From NCBI GenBank assembly GCA_023488435.1, contig JAMDCK010000030.1, positions 20,177 to 84,176 of the forward strand: a stretch of 64,000 bases of DNA. Reading direction: 5' to 3'. This document shows positions 1-10,126 of the stretch, piece by piece. Below the pieces are notes generated by a model. The model saw nothing but the letters and a program-made list of their open reading frames with translations. It made no database searches and had not been told where the DNA came from. Both the position numbers and the translations under genes were made by a program. Position 1 is the stretch's first letter; every line of letters begins with the position of its first letter. This DNA comes from Actinomycetota bacterium (GTDB taxonomy: Bacteria; Actinomycetota; Coriobacteriia; Anaerosomatales; UBA912).

Positions 1-854
1 CGCTTCAGTTTACGGAGGTAAATGACGTGCCGCTTGAACCAACTGCCCTTATGGCCAGCGACGTATATTGTCCTACCCTGAAAGAGGTACCAGCGGAGGC
101 AGAGATTGCTTCACATCGCCTCATGCTCAGAGCGGGCTTGATTAGAAAGACGGCATCAGGGATATATTCGTTTCTGCCTCTCGGATATCGCTCGTTGATG
201 AAGATCGAAGCCATTGTGCGGCAGGAGATGCATGCGGTTGGATCGCAAGAGGTGCTTCTTCCGATAGTCCAACCGTCCGAGCTGTGGCTTGAGTCGGGCC
301 GTTGGTCTGTGTACGGCCCCGAGCTTGCAAGGCTAACCGATCGTTCCGGCCGTGAGTACTGCCTTGGTCCCACACACGAGGAGATAATCACAGCACTGGT
401 TCGCAATGAGATTCGCAGCTATCGTCAACTGCCGGTCTCGCTGTTCCAAATCAACATGAAGTTCCGGGATGAAATCAGGCCCAGATTCGGACTGTTGCGC
501 GGCCGTGAGTTCATAATGAAGGACGCCTACTCCTTCCACGCAACACAGGATTCGCTGCAAGAGCACTACGATGCTCAGAAAATCGCATACGGCCGGATTT
601 GTGACCGCCTATCCTTGAGGTACCGGCCAGTTCAAGCTGAGTCAGGTCAGATCGGCGGCAGCGTGACCACTGAGTTCATGGCTTTGGCCGACTCCGGTGA
701 AGCTGAAATCGTCTATTGCTCCTGCGGTTATGCAGCCAACGTTGATGTAGCTGAAGTCAATATGATGGTCGGTCCTCAAGGGCCGGCGGTTCCTCTCGAG
801 AAGGTTGCAACTCCTGGCCTTAGAACCATCGCTGAACTTGCAGATGCCTTTGAC
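1..854. repeat. Direct-repeat copy A of the proS upstream/5' region (identical to 1502-2355)
   Basis: Read base by base, 1-854 equals 1502-2355 (offset 1501) with no mismatch seen. Identity stops at 855 (a) versus 2356 (c). Copy A starts at the window edge, so its true left end is unknown. Confidence 0.9.
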
Positions 855-989
855 ATTGGCATAGCGGCAGGCGATGGGGTCGGGGTCATCTTCGTAAAGG
901 GAGCCCCAACAAGAAAGGTGTCGGAGGGCGAGATCGTAGACGCACTTTTCGAAGAACTGAAGATCATGGAATCGTCTGGCTCCGCGTGA
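27..989 (+). pseudogene. Chimeric truncated prolyl-tRNA synthetase fragment: first 276 ProRS codons fused in frame to 44 unrelated codons
   Basis: It has the same GGAGG/GTG start context as proS at 1528. The protein is identical to ProRS up to ...AELADAFD, then diverges ([16 protein letters not shown]...SSGSA*). It lacks class II motif 3 and the anticodon-binding domain. Confidence 0.75.
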
Positions 990-1061
990 TGGGAATCGCC
1001 TTGTCGGTCAAGATGCGATAAGCTGAAATACGAGATTTCCATCATACCGAAGGAGGTAGTC

Positions 1062-1451
1062 ATGGGTGAGAGGGTTAGTGTAGCCGTGATTGGTGGCGGC
1101 CGTATGGGAACGCCGCTTGTCATGGACTTCCTGACGCGTCCCTTCGTTGACTTGGTTGCCGTAGTCGACAAGAATCCGGAGAGCCGCGGGGCCCAGATAG
1201 CCAAGCAGCACAACATCTTTTTCTGCACCGATGTGTCTGAGCTTGCCGCAGATGCCGAGAACATAGACATGGTCATAGATGTATCTGGAGATCCTCAGGT
1301 CAAGAAGTCGCTGAAGGAGGCTTTTGTAGCTTCAGGCAACAGGACAACCATCATCGTGCATGACATCACTGCACGCCTGATAATGAGCCTTGCTGCTGAT
1401 TCTTCGGAATTGATCGCGACCGTCCATCCCGAAGATCGAGGGATCGGATAG
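1062..1451 (+). CDS. Small NAD(P)-binding Rossmann-fold protein (dinucleotide-binding domain only)
   Basis: 129-aa ORF with GAAGGAGG (1049-1056) 5 nt upstream of the ATG. The N-terminal VAVIGGGRMG is a GxGxxG motif, followed by VAVVD at the end of beta-2. It lies in the unique segment between the two proS repeat copies. Confidence 0.6.
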   Translation: MGERVSVAVIGGGRMGTPLVMDFLTRPFVDLVAVVDKNPESRGAQIAKQHNIFFCTDVSELAADAENIDMVIDVSGDPQVKKSLKEAFVASGNRTTIIVHDITARLIMSLAADSSELIATVHPEDRGIG

Positions 1452-1501
1452 ACGCCTTATTTTGCAGTTCCAAGCGGGCCGCCGTCGGTTCTGGCGCGGC
1501 T

Positions 1502-2355
1502 CGCTTCAGTTTACGGAGGTAAATGACGTGCCGCTTGAACCAACTGCCCTTATGGCCAGCGACGTATATTGTCCTACCCTGAAAGAGGTACCAGCGGAGG
1601 CAGAGATTGCTTCACATCGCCTCATGCTCAGAGCGGGCTTGATTAGAAAGACGGCATCAGGGATATATTCGTTTCTGCCTCTCGGATATCGCTCGTTGAT
1701 GAAGATCGAAGCCATTGTGCGGCAGGAGATGCATGCGGTTGGATCGCAAGAGGTGCTTCTTCCGATAGTCCAACCGTCCGAGCTGTGGCTTGAGTCGGGC
1801 CGTTGGTCTGTGTACGGCCCCGAGCTTGCAAGGCTAACCGATCGTTCCGGCCGTGAGTACTGCCTTGGTCCCACACACGAGGAGATAATCACAGCACTGG
1901 TTCGCAATGAGATTCGCAGCTATCGTCAACTGCCGGTCTCGCTGTTCCAAATCAACATGAAGTTCCGGGATGAAATCAGGCCCAGATTCGGACTGTTGCG
2001 CGGCCGTGAGTTCATAATGAAGGACGCCTACTCCTTCCACGCAACACAGGATTCGCTGCAAGAGCACTACGATGCTCAGAAAATCGCATACGGCCGGATT
2101 TGTGACCGCCTATCCTTGAGGTACCGGCCAGTTCAAGCTGAGTCAGGTCAGATCGGCGGCAGCGTGACCACTGAGTTCATGGCTTTGGCCGACTCCGGTG
2201 AAGCTGAAATCGTCTATTGCTCCTGCGGTTATGCAGCCAACGTTGATGTAGCTGAAGTCAATATGATGGTCGGTCCTCAAGGGCCGGCGGTTCCTCTCGA
2301 GAAGGTTGCAACTCCTGGCCTTAGAACCATCGCTGAACTTGCAGATGCCTTTGAC
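1502..2355. repeat. Direct-repeat copy B (native proS upstream/5' region)
   Basis: Identical to 1-854. It continues without interruption into full-length proS. Confidence 0.9.
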
Positions 2356-3273
2356 CTGCTTTCATCGCAGACGGTCAAGACCATGGCTGCCAAGACCGTT
2401 GACTCCACACTGGTCTACTTCCTTCTCCCGGGCGACCGCGAGCTCAACCAGGTCAAGGCCCAAGCTGCGGTCCCCGGCGTGACTCTGCTTGACGAGGAGG
2501 ACTTCAAGGCCTTCGGCATCCCGAAAGGTTCATTGGGCCCCGTGAACGCTCCATCGGGCACACTCCTCGTCGCGGACCGCTCGCTTCTTGAGCTCCTCAC
2601 CTGGACTGTCGGTGCCAACGAGGACGGCTACCACTACTTCGGCGCTTCCCGTGATCGTGATTTCGAGATCGACCTGTTCGCCGACCTCTTGATCGCTTCG
2701 GCTGGCGATCGCTGCCCAGTCTGCAAATCCCAGTCGCTTGAGGTGGCTCGCGGTATCGAGGTCTCACAGGTCTTTCAGCTTGGGACCAAGTACTCGGAGG
2801 CGATGGGGGCAACCTTCATGTCCGAGGAGGGCAGGGAGGAGCCTCTCCTCATGGGCTGCTACGGCGTCGGCATCACACGTTGTCTTGCTGCGGTCATCGA
2901 ACAACATCACGATGAAAAGGGTATTGCCTGGCCAATGGCGCTGGCACCAGTACACGTTGTGGTGCTACCCCTCATATCGGATCCTGCCGTCGCCGAGATG
3001 GCCTCCGACACATGGAAGGCGCTTGCTGAAAGCGGAGTCGAGACAATTCTGGATGATCGTGATGAAAGGGCTGGCGTCAAGTTCGCAGATGCCGACCTCA
3101 TCGGCTATCCGATGCAGATAGTATTCGGAAAGAAGACGCTGACAGAAGGACTGGTTGAGCTCAGGGACCGCAAGACTGGAGAATCGAGGGACATTCCCGC
3201 CGACGAAATCTGTCAGCTGGTCACCGAAATCGTCAGAAAGGCCATCCGGGACTCAAGCTCGGTACCCGGGTAG
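1528..3273 (+). CDS. proS: Prolyl-tRNA synthetase, bacterial type with editing insertion
   Basis: GTG at 1528 lies 8 nt after GGAGG (1515-1519). Class II motif 2 ([25 protein letters not shown]), motif 3 (GCYGVGITR), an internal editing insertion and a C-terminal anticodon-binding domain are present. The tracked start at 1462 (TTG) is probably an upstream over-extension. Confidence 0.95.
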   Translation: MPLEPTALMASDVYCPTLKEVPAEAEIASHRLMLRAGLIRKTASGIYSFLPLGYRSLMKIEAIVRQEMHAVGSQEVLLPIVQPSELWLESGRWSVYGPELARLTDRSGREYCLGPTHEEIITALVRNEIRSYRQLPVSLFQINMKFRDEIRPRFGLLRGREFIMKDAYSFHATQDSLQEHYDAQKIAYGRICDRLSLRYRPVQAESGQIGGSVTTEFMALADSGEAEIVYCSCGYAANVDVAEVNMMVGPQGPAVPLEKVATPGLRTIAELADAFDLLSSQTVKTMAAKTVDSTLVYFLLPGDRELNQVKAQAAVPGVTLLDEEDFKAFGIPKGSLGPVNAPSGTLLVADRSLLELLTWTVGANEDGYHYFGASRDRDFEIDLFADLLIASAGDRCPVCKSQSLEVARGIEVSQVFQLGTKYSEAMGATFMSEEGREEPLLMGCYGVGITRCLAAVIEQHHDEKGIAWPMALAPVHVVVLPLISDPAVAEMASDTWKALAESGVETILDDRDERAGVKFADADLIGYPMQIVFGKKTLTEGLVELRDRKTGESRDIPADEICQLVTEIVRKAIRDSSSVPG

Positions 3274-3284
3274 CCCGACGCCTC

Positions 3285-3340
3285 ACCACAAGGTCGACCA
3301 GGTCGAATCTTTGAGCATACGCCTGAGCTGACCTTGTGGT
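3285..3340 (+). terminator. Stem-loop downstream of proS (11-bp perfect stem, no U tract)
   Basis: ACCACAAGGTC (3285-3295) pairs with GACCTTGTGGT (3330-3340) across a 34-nt loop, starting 12 nt after the proS stop. Function as a terminator or regulator is not established. Confidence 0.3.
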
Positions 3341-3428
3341 ATCATAAGGTCGTCAGAAAATATCGTCGGGTGATGAGAAGTGGGCGAACCGTCCGCTTCT
3401 TTTGTTCTTGAGGAATGAGTGAAGCGAG

Positions 3429-3914
3429 TTGTCTAAGCGTTTGCAATCCACAATAGAGGCCCTTCTAACCCCGGCTGCGAATCGCGAGGGGTTTGAACTG
3501 GTTGCTGTCGAGGTAGTCGGAGTACACAGATCTCCGGTCATTCGCATCTTCTTGGATCATCCAGCGGGCATCGATGTCGAGCGTCTCGCTAGTGCAAACA
3601 AGTGGATCTCCGACATCCTTGACGCCGAGGATCCGGTTAGCGGTTCGTACACCCTGGAAGTAAGTTCTCCGGGGGTCGACAGGCCGTTGTCGAAGAAGTC
3701 AGACTTCGTGCGATTCTTGGGCGAGACGGCCTCAATCAAGACGGATCCGATAGATGGTAGATCCTCCTTCACGGGAGCGATCTCCGACGTAACAGATGAA
3801 GATATCGTGCTAAGTTCAGAAGTGGGTGTCTTCAGAGTACCCTTCACCCAGATCAAGAAGGCCCGATTGAAGGGCAAGATCGATTTCAGCCAGAAAGGAG
3901 AGCACCCTAAATGA
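3429..3914 (+). CDS. rimP: Ribosome maturation factor RimP
   Basis: 161-aa ORF with a TTG start. It sits in the conserved position immediately upstream of nusA with an ATGA stop/start overlap at 3911-3914. The sequence is RimP-like (VEVVG...VIRIFLD, C-terminal SH3-like part). Confidence 0.85.
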   Translation: MSKRLQSTIEALLTPAANREGFELVAVEVVGVHRSPVIRIFLDHPAGIDVERLASANKWISDILDAEDPVSGSYTLEVSSPGVDRPLSKKSDFVRFLGETASIKTDPIDGRSSFTGAISDVTDEDIVLSSEVGVFRVPFTQIKKARLKGKIDFSQKGEHPK

Positions 3915-5050
3915 GCTCAGATCTGATGGATGCCCTGAAAACACTCGCTCGTGAGAAGAATATCGATGAGTTCGACATGATCGACAAGCTCCAGCAGCAG
4001 CTGGCGGCTACCTACAGACGCATCATGGAGCTCGACAATGACACCCGAGTGGTTCTGGACAAAGAAACGGGCAGAATCTATGTATACGAACTCGTCCCCG
4101 TAGGCGGGACGGAGGAAGAGCCTATCCTTGAGGAGCACGATATCACCCCCAAGGATGTGTCCAGAATTGCTGCCCAGGCTGCAAAAGGTGTCATAACGCA
4201 GATGATTCGTGATGTTGAAAAAGATCGCATCTACGATGAGTATTCCGATCGGATCGGCGAGAGTGTTACAGGCATCGTGCAGCAGTCTGATTCGCGCTAC
4301 ACCCTGATCAAGCTGAGGGAGGGCGTCGAGGCTCTTCTGCCCCCGAGCGAACAGCCTCCTAACGAGAGGTACGATCACAATCAGCGAATCAAAGCCTACA
4401 TCATAGAGGTCCGCAAGACATCCAGTGAACCTTCGGTGGTCGTCTCCAGGACACACCCTGGATTGATTCGCAGGTTGTTCGAGCTGGAGGTTCCCGAGAT
4501 ATACGACGGGATCGTCGAGATCAAGAGCGTGGCTAGGGAGCCAGGCATGCGCAGCAAGATCGCAGTCTCCAGTCGTGAGCCAAGCCTCGATCCCGTGGGC
4601 GCTTGTGTCGGCCCCAAAGGATCTCGCGTGCGGATGATTGTGGGAGAGCTACGTGGCGAGCGCATTGACGTGGTTCCTTGGTCCGAAAACAATGCGGAGT
4701 ATGTTGCGAACGCGTTGTCACCTGCGAAGGTGGCAAAGGTCCAGGTCGATGTTGACACACATACTGCGACTGTCATGGTCCCCGATGACCAGCTCTCGCT
4801 GGCCATCGGCAAAGAAGGCCAGAATGCTCGTCTGGCCGCCAAGCTCACTGGCTGGAGAATCGACATCAAGAGTCTGGCCCAAGCGGGTACTTCCGGGCAT
4901 GGTACTTCAGCCTCAGGGGAACTCGATGCCGTTCCCGCAGACGAAGATGGCCGATGTGTATCGGTGACCTCCACAGGACTACGCTGTCGCAACCGCTCCA
5001 ACAAGGGATCGCGGTACTGCCGGATACACGAAGGAGATTCTGACGCTTAG
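3911..5050 (+). CDS. nusA: Transcription termination/antitermination factor NusA, with a short Cys/His-containing C-terminal tail
   Basis: Contains an N-terminal domain, an S1 domain and two KH domains ([14 protein letters not shown]; [19 protein letters not shown]). The C-terminal tail is [27 protein letters not shown]. Confidence 0.95.
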   Translation: MSSDLMDALKTLAREKNIDEFDMIDKLQQQLAATYRRIMELDNDTRVVLDKETGRIYVYELVPVGGTEEEPILEEHDITPKDVSRIAAQAAKGVITQMIRDVEKDRIYDEYSDRIGESVTGIVQQSDSRYTLIKLREGVEALLPPSEQPPNERYDHNQRIKAYIIEVRKTSSEPSVVVSRTHPGLIRRLFELEVPEIYDGIVEIKSVAREPGMRSKIAVSSREPSLDPVGACVGPKGSRVRMIVGELRGERIDVVPWSENNAEYVANALSPAKVAKVQVDVDTHTATVMVPDDQLSLAIGKEGQNARLAAKLTGWRIDIKSLAQAGTSGHGTSASGELDAVPADEDGRCVSVTSTGLRCRNRSNKGSRYCRIHEGDSDA

Positions 5051-5364
5051 TGAGCACTCAGGCAAAATCTCCCATCAGAACCTGCGTCGGCTGCCGAAAG
5101 TCCCAAGAGAAGGGTACTTTGATTCGGATAGTTCGTTCTCCAGACTCCGGTATTTCCGTCGATTCGAGCGGCCGATTGCCTGGCAGGGGCGCATATATCC
5201 ATGCTAATGAAGAGTGTTTCGACTTAGCGGTCAAGCGCAAACGCTTCGAACCTGCGTTGCGAGTAAAATTGTACGAAGATGACACTTCGCGCTTACGGAC
5301 GGAACTCCGTAGCTGTATTGATGATGTTCGTTTCCATGCACGCAAGGATGGTGAAAGCTGCTGA
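5050..5364 (+). CDS. ylxR: YlxR/RnpM family RNA-binding protein (DUF448)
   Basis: RTCVGCRK...LIRIV and GRGAYIH motifs, in the conserved nusA-ylxR-infB position. The GTG start overlaps the nusA stop by 1 nt. Confidence 0.85.
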   Translation: MSTQAKSPIRTCVGCRKSQEKGTLIRIVRSPDSGISVDSSGRLPGRGAYIHANEECFDLAVKRKRFEPALRVKLYEDDTSRLRTELRSCIDDVRFHARKDGESC

Positions 5365-7784
5365 TGCCCAGTATGCGAGTACATGAGCTGGCCAAAGAAT
5401 TCGGGATGAACTCCCAAGAGCTGCTGGGACACCTTCAGCGTTTGAAGATCCCCGCGAAGGGACATTCCTCCTCATTGGTCGAGGCTTACGTTGACAAGAT
5501 TCGAAAAGACCTAGGGCCCGTTATCGCCGAAAAGCAGGCCGAATTAGAAGCCATCCGCTTGCAGCAGCTCGAAGAAGAGAGACGCCTCGCCGAAGAGCTT
5601 GAAGCCAAAGCGCAGGCAGAGGCTGTAGAGCGCGCTAATCGTGAGGCAGCTGCAAGAGCTGAGCGCGAAGCAGCCGAAGCTTCGCTCAAGGCTGAGCGTG
5701 AAGCGGAGGAAGCAAACGCTAGGGCCGCAGCTGAGGCATTCCAGGCTGAGCAAGAAGCAGCAGCTAATGAGCGTGCTGAACAAGAGAAGCGCGATGCCGA
5801 GGAAGCGGCGAGGCTCGATCGCGAAGAGGCAGAGCGCTACCGTGCGATGGCGGAGCAGGCCCAGGCCCAGACAGCGATCAAGACGGCTCATGACAGGGTG
5901 ATTCAAGAGGCGAAAGATGCTGTAGCGGCTGCTGCTCGCGACGGGAAGAAGAAGAAGAAAAAGCAGAAGAGACATGAGGTAACCGCTACGGCCACGGAGG
6001 ACTCGACTCCCGTCGAGGTCGTCTCGGCAGGCAAGGCTGATGGTGCCCTTACCGTCACAGAAGGTGCCACCGTCGGCGAGCTGGCTGCCTTGCTCGACAC
6101 ATCCACCAGCGAGATCATCAAGCGACTGATGCTGCTTGGAACCATGCTGACGGTCAATCAGCCGATGCCTCGTGACGTTATGGAGTTGGTGGCCGAGGAT
6201 CTTGGCAGGACACTCAACATCGTCCGCCTGGAGGAAGAGACGGTCTTGACCTTCACTGATGCCCCCGAGGACCTTATACCTCGCCCTCCGGTTGTCACCG
6301 TCATGGGTCATGTCGACCATGGAAAGACATCGCTGCTCGACGCGATCCGTGAGACTGGAGTTGCCCAAACCGAGGCAGGTGGCATCACTCAGCATATCGG
6401 TGCTTCAGTGGTCACTCACAAGGATCAGCGGATCACATTCATCGATACGCCGGGACACGAGGCATTCACAGCGATGCGCGCCCGTGGAGCCAAGGTGACT
6501 GACATCGCGATTCTTGTTGTAGCCGCAGACGACGGGGTCATGCCGCAAACAGTAGAGGCCATCCATCACGCTAAGGCTGCAAAGGTGCCGATAATCATCG
6601 CTGTCAACAAGATTGACAAAGATGGAGCTAATCCTGACCAGGTGCGCCAGATATTGACCGAGCACGAGATCGTCCCCGAAGAGTGGGGCGGAAACAACAT
6701 CTTCGTCGATGTTTCGGCTAAGAAACGTATCAATATCGATGAGCTTCTAGAGACGATTTTGCTCGTCGCCGAAGTCGAAGAGCTTCGAGCCAACCCCGAA
6801 GCTCCGGCAAGCGGAGTTGTCATCGAGGCCAAGCTCGACAAGGGTCGCGGGCCTGTTGCAACCGTGCTGGTCCAAAGAGGGACCCTCAGGGTCGGTGATT
6901 CTCTGGTCGCAGGCTCCACCTACGGCCGCGTAAGAGCCCTGGTCGATCCCAAAGGCGCCACCATCTCCTCGGCGGGCCCTGCTGACCCTGTTGAGGTACT
7001 CGGCCTCGGAAGCGTGCCTTCTGCCGGAGACGAATTCCGAGTCTTCGCCGATGAGCGCGATTCGAAGAATCTCGCTGAGGAACGTGCCTTGAAGCTAAGA
7101 CTGTTGGCCCAGGACAAGAAGGTCCATGTCTCGCTGGATGACTTGTTCGCTCGCATTCAGGAAGGCAATCTTCGCGAGTTGAACTTGGTGGTCAAGGCCG
7201 ATGTTCATGGCTCGATCGAAGCCCTCAAGGACGCGCTGGACAAGATGGACCAGAGCGAGGTGAAGATCTCTGTCATCCACTCAGCAGTCGGAGGTATCAC
7301 CGAGACCGATGTCATGCTAGCCGACGCATCCGATGCCATCATCATCGGATTCAATGTGCGACCCGAACCCAAAGCCAAAGCCCTGGCGGAGAAGGAGAGC
7401 GTTGACCTGAGGATGTATCGGGTCATCTACCAGGCTATCGAGGACATCAACGCGGCGCGAGTCGGAATGTTGGCTCCCGACGTCGTCGAGACCGACACGG
7501 CGCAAGTGGAGGTCCGCGAGTTGTTCAGGGTGCCAAAGATCGGCGTCATTGCCGGATGCTACGTTCTTGATGGCGAGATCAGCCGAGACGATCGAATTCG
7601 AATTGTGCGTGAAGGCCTGATCGTATACGAAGGCAAGGTCGGATCGCTTCGTCGGTTCAAAGAAGATGTCAAGTCCGTTCGTGGAGGATATGAGTGTGGT
7701 ATCTCCATCGATGGATACCAAGATCTCAAGCAAGGCGACCTGATCGAAGGATTCAAAATCTCCGAAGTCGCCCGCACAGAATGA
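5364..7784 (+). CDS. infB: Translation initiation factor IF-2
   Basis: G domain motifs [20 protein letters not shown] and NKID are present. The N-terminal region is long and E/A/R/K-rich. The start could instead be the internal Met ([11 protein letters not shown]) at 5373. Confidence 0.97.
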   Translation: MPSMRVHELAKEFGMNSQELLGHLQRLKIPAKGHSSSLVEAYVDKIRKDLGPVIAEKQAELEAIRLQQLEEERRLAEELEAKAQAEAVERANREAAARAEREAAEASLKAEREAEEANARAAAEAFQAEQEAAANERAEQEKRDAEEAARLDREEAERYRAMAEQAQAQTAIKTAHDRVIQEAKDAVAAAARDGKKKKKKQKRHEVTATATEDSTPVEVVSAGKADGALTVTEGATVGELAALLDTSTSEIIKRLMLLGTMLTVNQPMPRDVMELVAEDLGRTLNIVRLEEETVLTFTDAPEDLIPRPPVVTVMGHVDHGKTSLLDAIRETGVAQTEAGGITQHIGASVVTHKDQRITFIDTPGHEAFTAMRARGAKVTDIAILVVAADDGVMPQTVEAIHHAKAAKVPIIIAVNKIDKDGANPDQVRQILTEHEIVPEEWGGNNIFVDVSAKKRINIDELLETILLVAEVEELRANPEAPASGVVIEAKLDKGRGPVATVLVQRGTLRVGDSLVAGSTYGRVRALVDPKGATISSAGPADPVEVLGLGSVPSAGDEFRVFADERDSKNLAEERALKLRLLAQDKKVHVSLDDLFARIQEGNLRELNLVVKADVHGSIEALKDALDKMDQSEVKISVIHSAVGGITETDVMLADASDAIIIGFNVRPEPKAKALAEKESVDLRMYRVIYQAIEDINAARVGMLAPDVVETDTAQVEVRELFRVPKIGVIAGCYVLDGEISRDDRIRIVREGLIVYEGKVGSLRRFKEDVKSVRGGYECGISIDGYQDLKQGDLIEGFKISEVARTE

Positions 7785-7797
7785 TCGAGGTGAAGCG

Positions 7798-8205
7798 ATG
7801 AAGGAGACTTCCAGAACTCGCAAGATGAACGAGAGCCTCAGGGAGGCCATCGCTCTGATATTGCTGGACGCCATATCCGACCCTCGCCTGCACTTCGTTA
7901 CCGTCACTGGGGTCAGAGTGTCCCCAGACATGGCGGTGGCCAACGTTTACGTCACCGCTCACGGTGATGCAGATCGCTACCAAGAGGTTCTAGCCGGATT
8001 GGATTCCGCCAAAGGGCGCATCAGGGGCATACTCGGTGGGAAGATCACCACCCGAGTGACTCCGGAGCTGAGGTTCTTCATCGACGAGAGCGTGGATGCA
8101 GGCATGCGGATAGCCGAGGCACTGAAGTCACCGCCCGCATCCATGTCCGCTGATCGTCGGTCTTCGGCTGATGGCGAACCAACCGAATCCGGCACTTCTG
8201 GGTGA
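7798..8205 (+). CDS. rbfA: Ribosome-binding factor A
   Basis: 135-aa ORF directly after infB. The core is RbfA-like (R..K..E.L.E.I..IL....DPRL..VT.T.V..S.D...A.VYV). Confidence 0.9.
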   Translation: MKETSRTRKMNESLREAIALILLDAISDPRLHFVTVTGVRVSPDMAVANVYVTAHGDADRYQEVLAGLDSAKGRIRGILGGKITTRVTPELRFFIDESVDAGMRIAEALKSPPASMSADRRSSADGEPTESGTSG

Positions 8206-9188
8206 GGTGGCTTCCAATGCAATCCGAGGTCCAAAAGGCGGTTTCTCGCCTGCAGAAGGCGGATTTCGTCGTTGTAGGTTCCCACACCCAACCTGACGGA
8301 GACGCCATTGGATCGACGCTGGCTCTCACCCTGGCTCTGCGTTCGATTGGCATTGAAGCCGTTCCGACCCTTGCAGACGGTTGCGATGTACCGTCGACGT
8401 ACACGTTCTTGCCGGGGATCGCCCTGATCGTCCCATTCTCGGAGTTAGAGGATGTTGATGTCTTTGTCGCCCTTGACACCGCGTCGTTTTCGCGGCTCGG
8501 TGGCTCATCGATACTTGCTGAATCCGCCGCTAGCGTGATAGTCGTGGATCATCATGCAGACAACCCCGGTTTCGGGTCCATCAATGTCATCGACCCGTCC
8601 AAGGCCGCTACCGCCCACTTGGTATGGGAACTACTCGGTCCCCTAGGCGTCCAGCCAACTCCCGAGATTGCGCTGTGCTGCTACACCGGCCTCGTCACGG
8701 ACACCGGTCGATTCTCATATTCCAATACCACTGCTGAGGCCCTAAGGTGCGCCGCCGAGATGATTGAGAGTGGTGTCGACCCTGCAGAGACGGCCCGACT
8801 CGTATACCAAGAGCTCTCACCAGCTTATCTCGCGCTTGAGGCCAGAGTCTTGGCGAGGCTCACTCTCGCCAATTCCGGAAGGGTCGCCTGGTCTTGGTGC
8901 ACCGAGCGGGATTTCACCGAGACTGGCGCAACACTCTCCGAGATCGAGGGATTACCCGATGCAGTCAGGCGAATACAAGGCGTCGATGTTGTTCTCATGC
9001 TACGGGTTCTCGAAGGCGAGATCCGAGGCAACCTCAGGTCCAAGACCGGTTTCGATGTTTCTTCGGTGGCTAGGGTATTCGGTGGGGGAGGGCATGTGCC
9101 CGCTGCGGGCTTCACATACAACGGATCGATGCAGACACTGCTTGACCGATTGATGCCTATGTTGCCCGGCGGCGATTCGGCTTCGTGA
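8202..9188 (+). CDS. nrnA: DHH/DHHA1 phosphoesterase, NrnA-like oligoribonuclease/pAp phosphatase
   Basis: Contains DGDAIGS, the DHH motif (VVDHHADN) and the DHHA1 motif GGGH (FGGGGHVPAAGF). Confidence 0.85.
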   Translation: MRWLPMQSEVQKAVSRLQKADFVVVGSHTQPDGDAIGSTLALTLALRSIGIEAVPTLADGCDVPSTYTFLPGIALIVPFSELEDVDVFVALDTASFSRLGGSSILAESAASVIVVDHHADNPGFGSINVIDPSKAATAHLVWELLGPLGVQPTPEIALCCYTGLVTDTGRFSYSNTTAEALRCAAEMIESGVDPAETARLVYQELSPAYLALEARVLARLTLANSGRVAWSWCTERDFTETGATLSEIEGLPDAVRRIQGVDVVLMLRVLEGEIRGNLRSKTGFDVSSVARVFGGGGHVPAAGFTYNGSMQTLLDRLMPMLPGGDSAS

Positions 9189-10126
9189 TGGCACGCCGCA
9201 ACACCACCGATTTGTGCGGCATTCTGCCTTTCGACAAATCTAGCGGACCTTCGAGTCACGACATCATCAACATTGTTCGAAGGATAAGCGGAGAAGGCAG
9301 AGTTGGACATGCCGGGACATTGGACCCTATGGCCACCGGGTTGCTCGTGGTGCTACTTGGTCCGGCGACGCGCCTCGCTCGATTCCTCACCGCAGAGTCG
9401 AAGACGTATCGAGCCAAGATAACCTTCGGATCCGCCACGGACACGGACGACGCCGATGGAGAGATCATTTCCACACTCCCAGTCCCGTCACAAGTATCTG
9501 AAGTCGGGTTCGTCGAAGCTTGTATCGAAGGGCTTATCGGCCAGAGGGATCAGCTTCCGCCGGCATATTCGGCCATAAAACTCGGCGGGACCAAAGCCTA
9601 TACGGTTGCTCGTCGTGGTGAGACGCCGGAGTTGCAGCCTAGAACGGTTCGGATAGATGACGCCCGCCTGATAACCCTCGATGGGGGCCCACCGCCCACC
9701 TGGGATGTTGAGCTCTCGGTATCAAAGGGCACCTACATCCGCTCAATAGCCCGCGATCTCGGGTCAGCTCTCGGCACGGCGGCGCATCTGAGCGAACTCA
9801 GACGGTCCCGCTCCGGAACCGTGGATGTGGGGCAGGCTATAACTGCCGACATCATCAAGGGCCACAGTGGGTCAGTCTCCGAGTTCTTCATCGATCCTGT
9901 CGAGACTCTTGGATTCCCTGTGATCCAAATCGGTGACGATCAGGCCGCTGCGGCATCCAACGGCTGTCGATTGTCGATCGATCCGCTCGACTCCGAGCCA
10001 GCAATAGATACTCCGCTGACGGTGGTGGATCGTTCAAGGATCATAGGGATATTCTCATCCGATGGCGCTCGCTTGATCCCGATGCTGATTCTCCCAGGTG
10101 ATGCTCCACTATTGAGGCACCCATGA
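9185..10126 (+). CDS. truB: tRNA pseudouridine(55) synthase TruB
   Basis: Catalytic Asp motif HAGTLDPMATGLLVVLLG, in the conserved rbfA-truB-ribF context. Confidence 0.93.
   Translation: MMARRNTTDLCGILPFDKSSGPSSHDIINIVRRISGEGRVGHAGTLDPMATGLLVVLLGPATRLARFLTAESKTYRAKITFGSATDTDDADGEIISTLPVPSQVSEVGFVEACIEGLIGQRDQLPPAYSAIKLGGTKAYTVARRGETPELQPRTVRIDDARLITLDGGPPPTWDVELSVSKGTYIRSIARDLGSALGTAAHLSELRRSRSGTVDVGQAITADIIKGHSGSVSEFFIDPVETLGFPVIQIGDDQAAAASNGCRLSIDPLDSEPAIDTPLTVVDRSRIIGIFSSDGARLIPMLILPGDAPLLRHP

Noticed and set aside
1452-1527. T-box leader or a longer proS ORF starting at TTG 1462.
   Set aside because: No T-box consensus (AATTAGGGTGGTACCGCG-like) or specifier structure is visible. The GTG at 1528 has a proper GGAGG, and the same GTG context is what is duplicated at 27.
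5946-5972. The (AAG)n/AAA run encoding KKKKKKQKR in infB, as a possible slippery or phase-variable tract.
   Set aside because: The run is short and interrupted, and lies in the low-complexity N-terminal region of IF-2, where charged repeats are normal. The frame is intact.
5544-6395. Long antisense or alternative-frame ORFs inside known genes, for example 5544-6395, 7317-7943, 12891-13496, 42784-43371 and 55998-region shadows.
   Set aside because: They fully overlap strongly supported genes on the other strand or frame. They have low-complexity or Arg/Ser/Pro-rich composition typical of shadow ORFs in GC-rich DNA, and no RBS.
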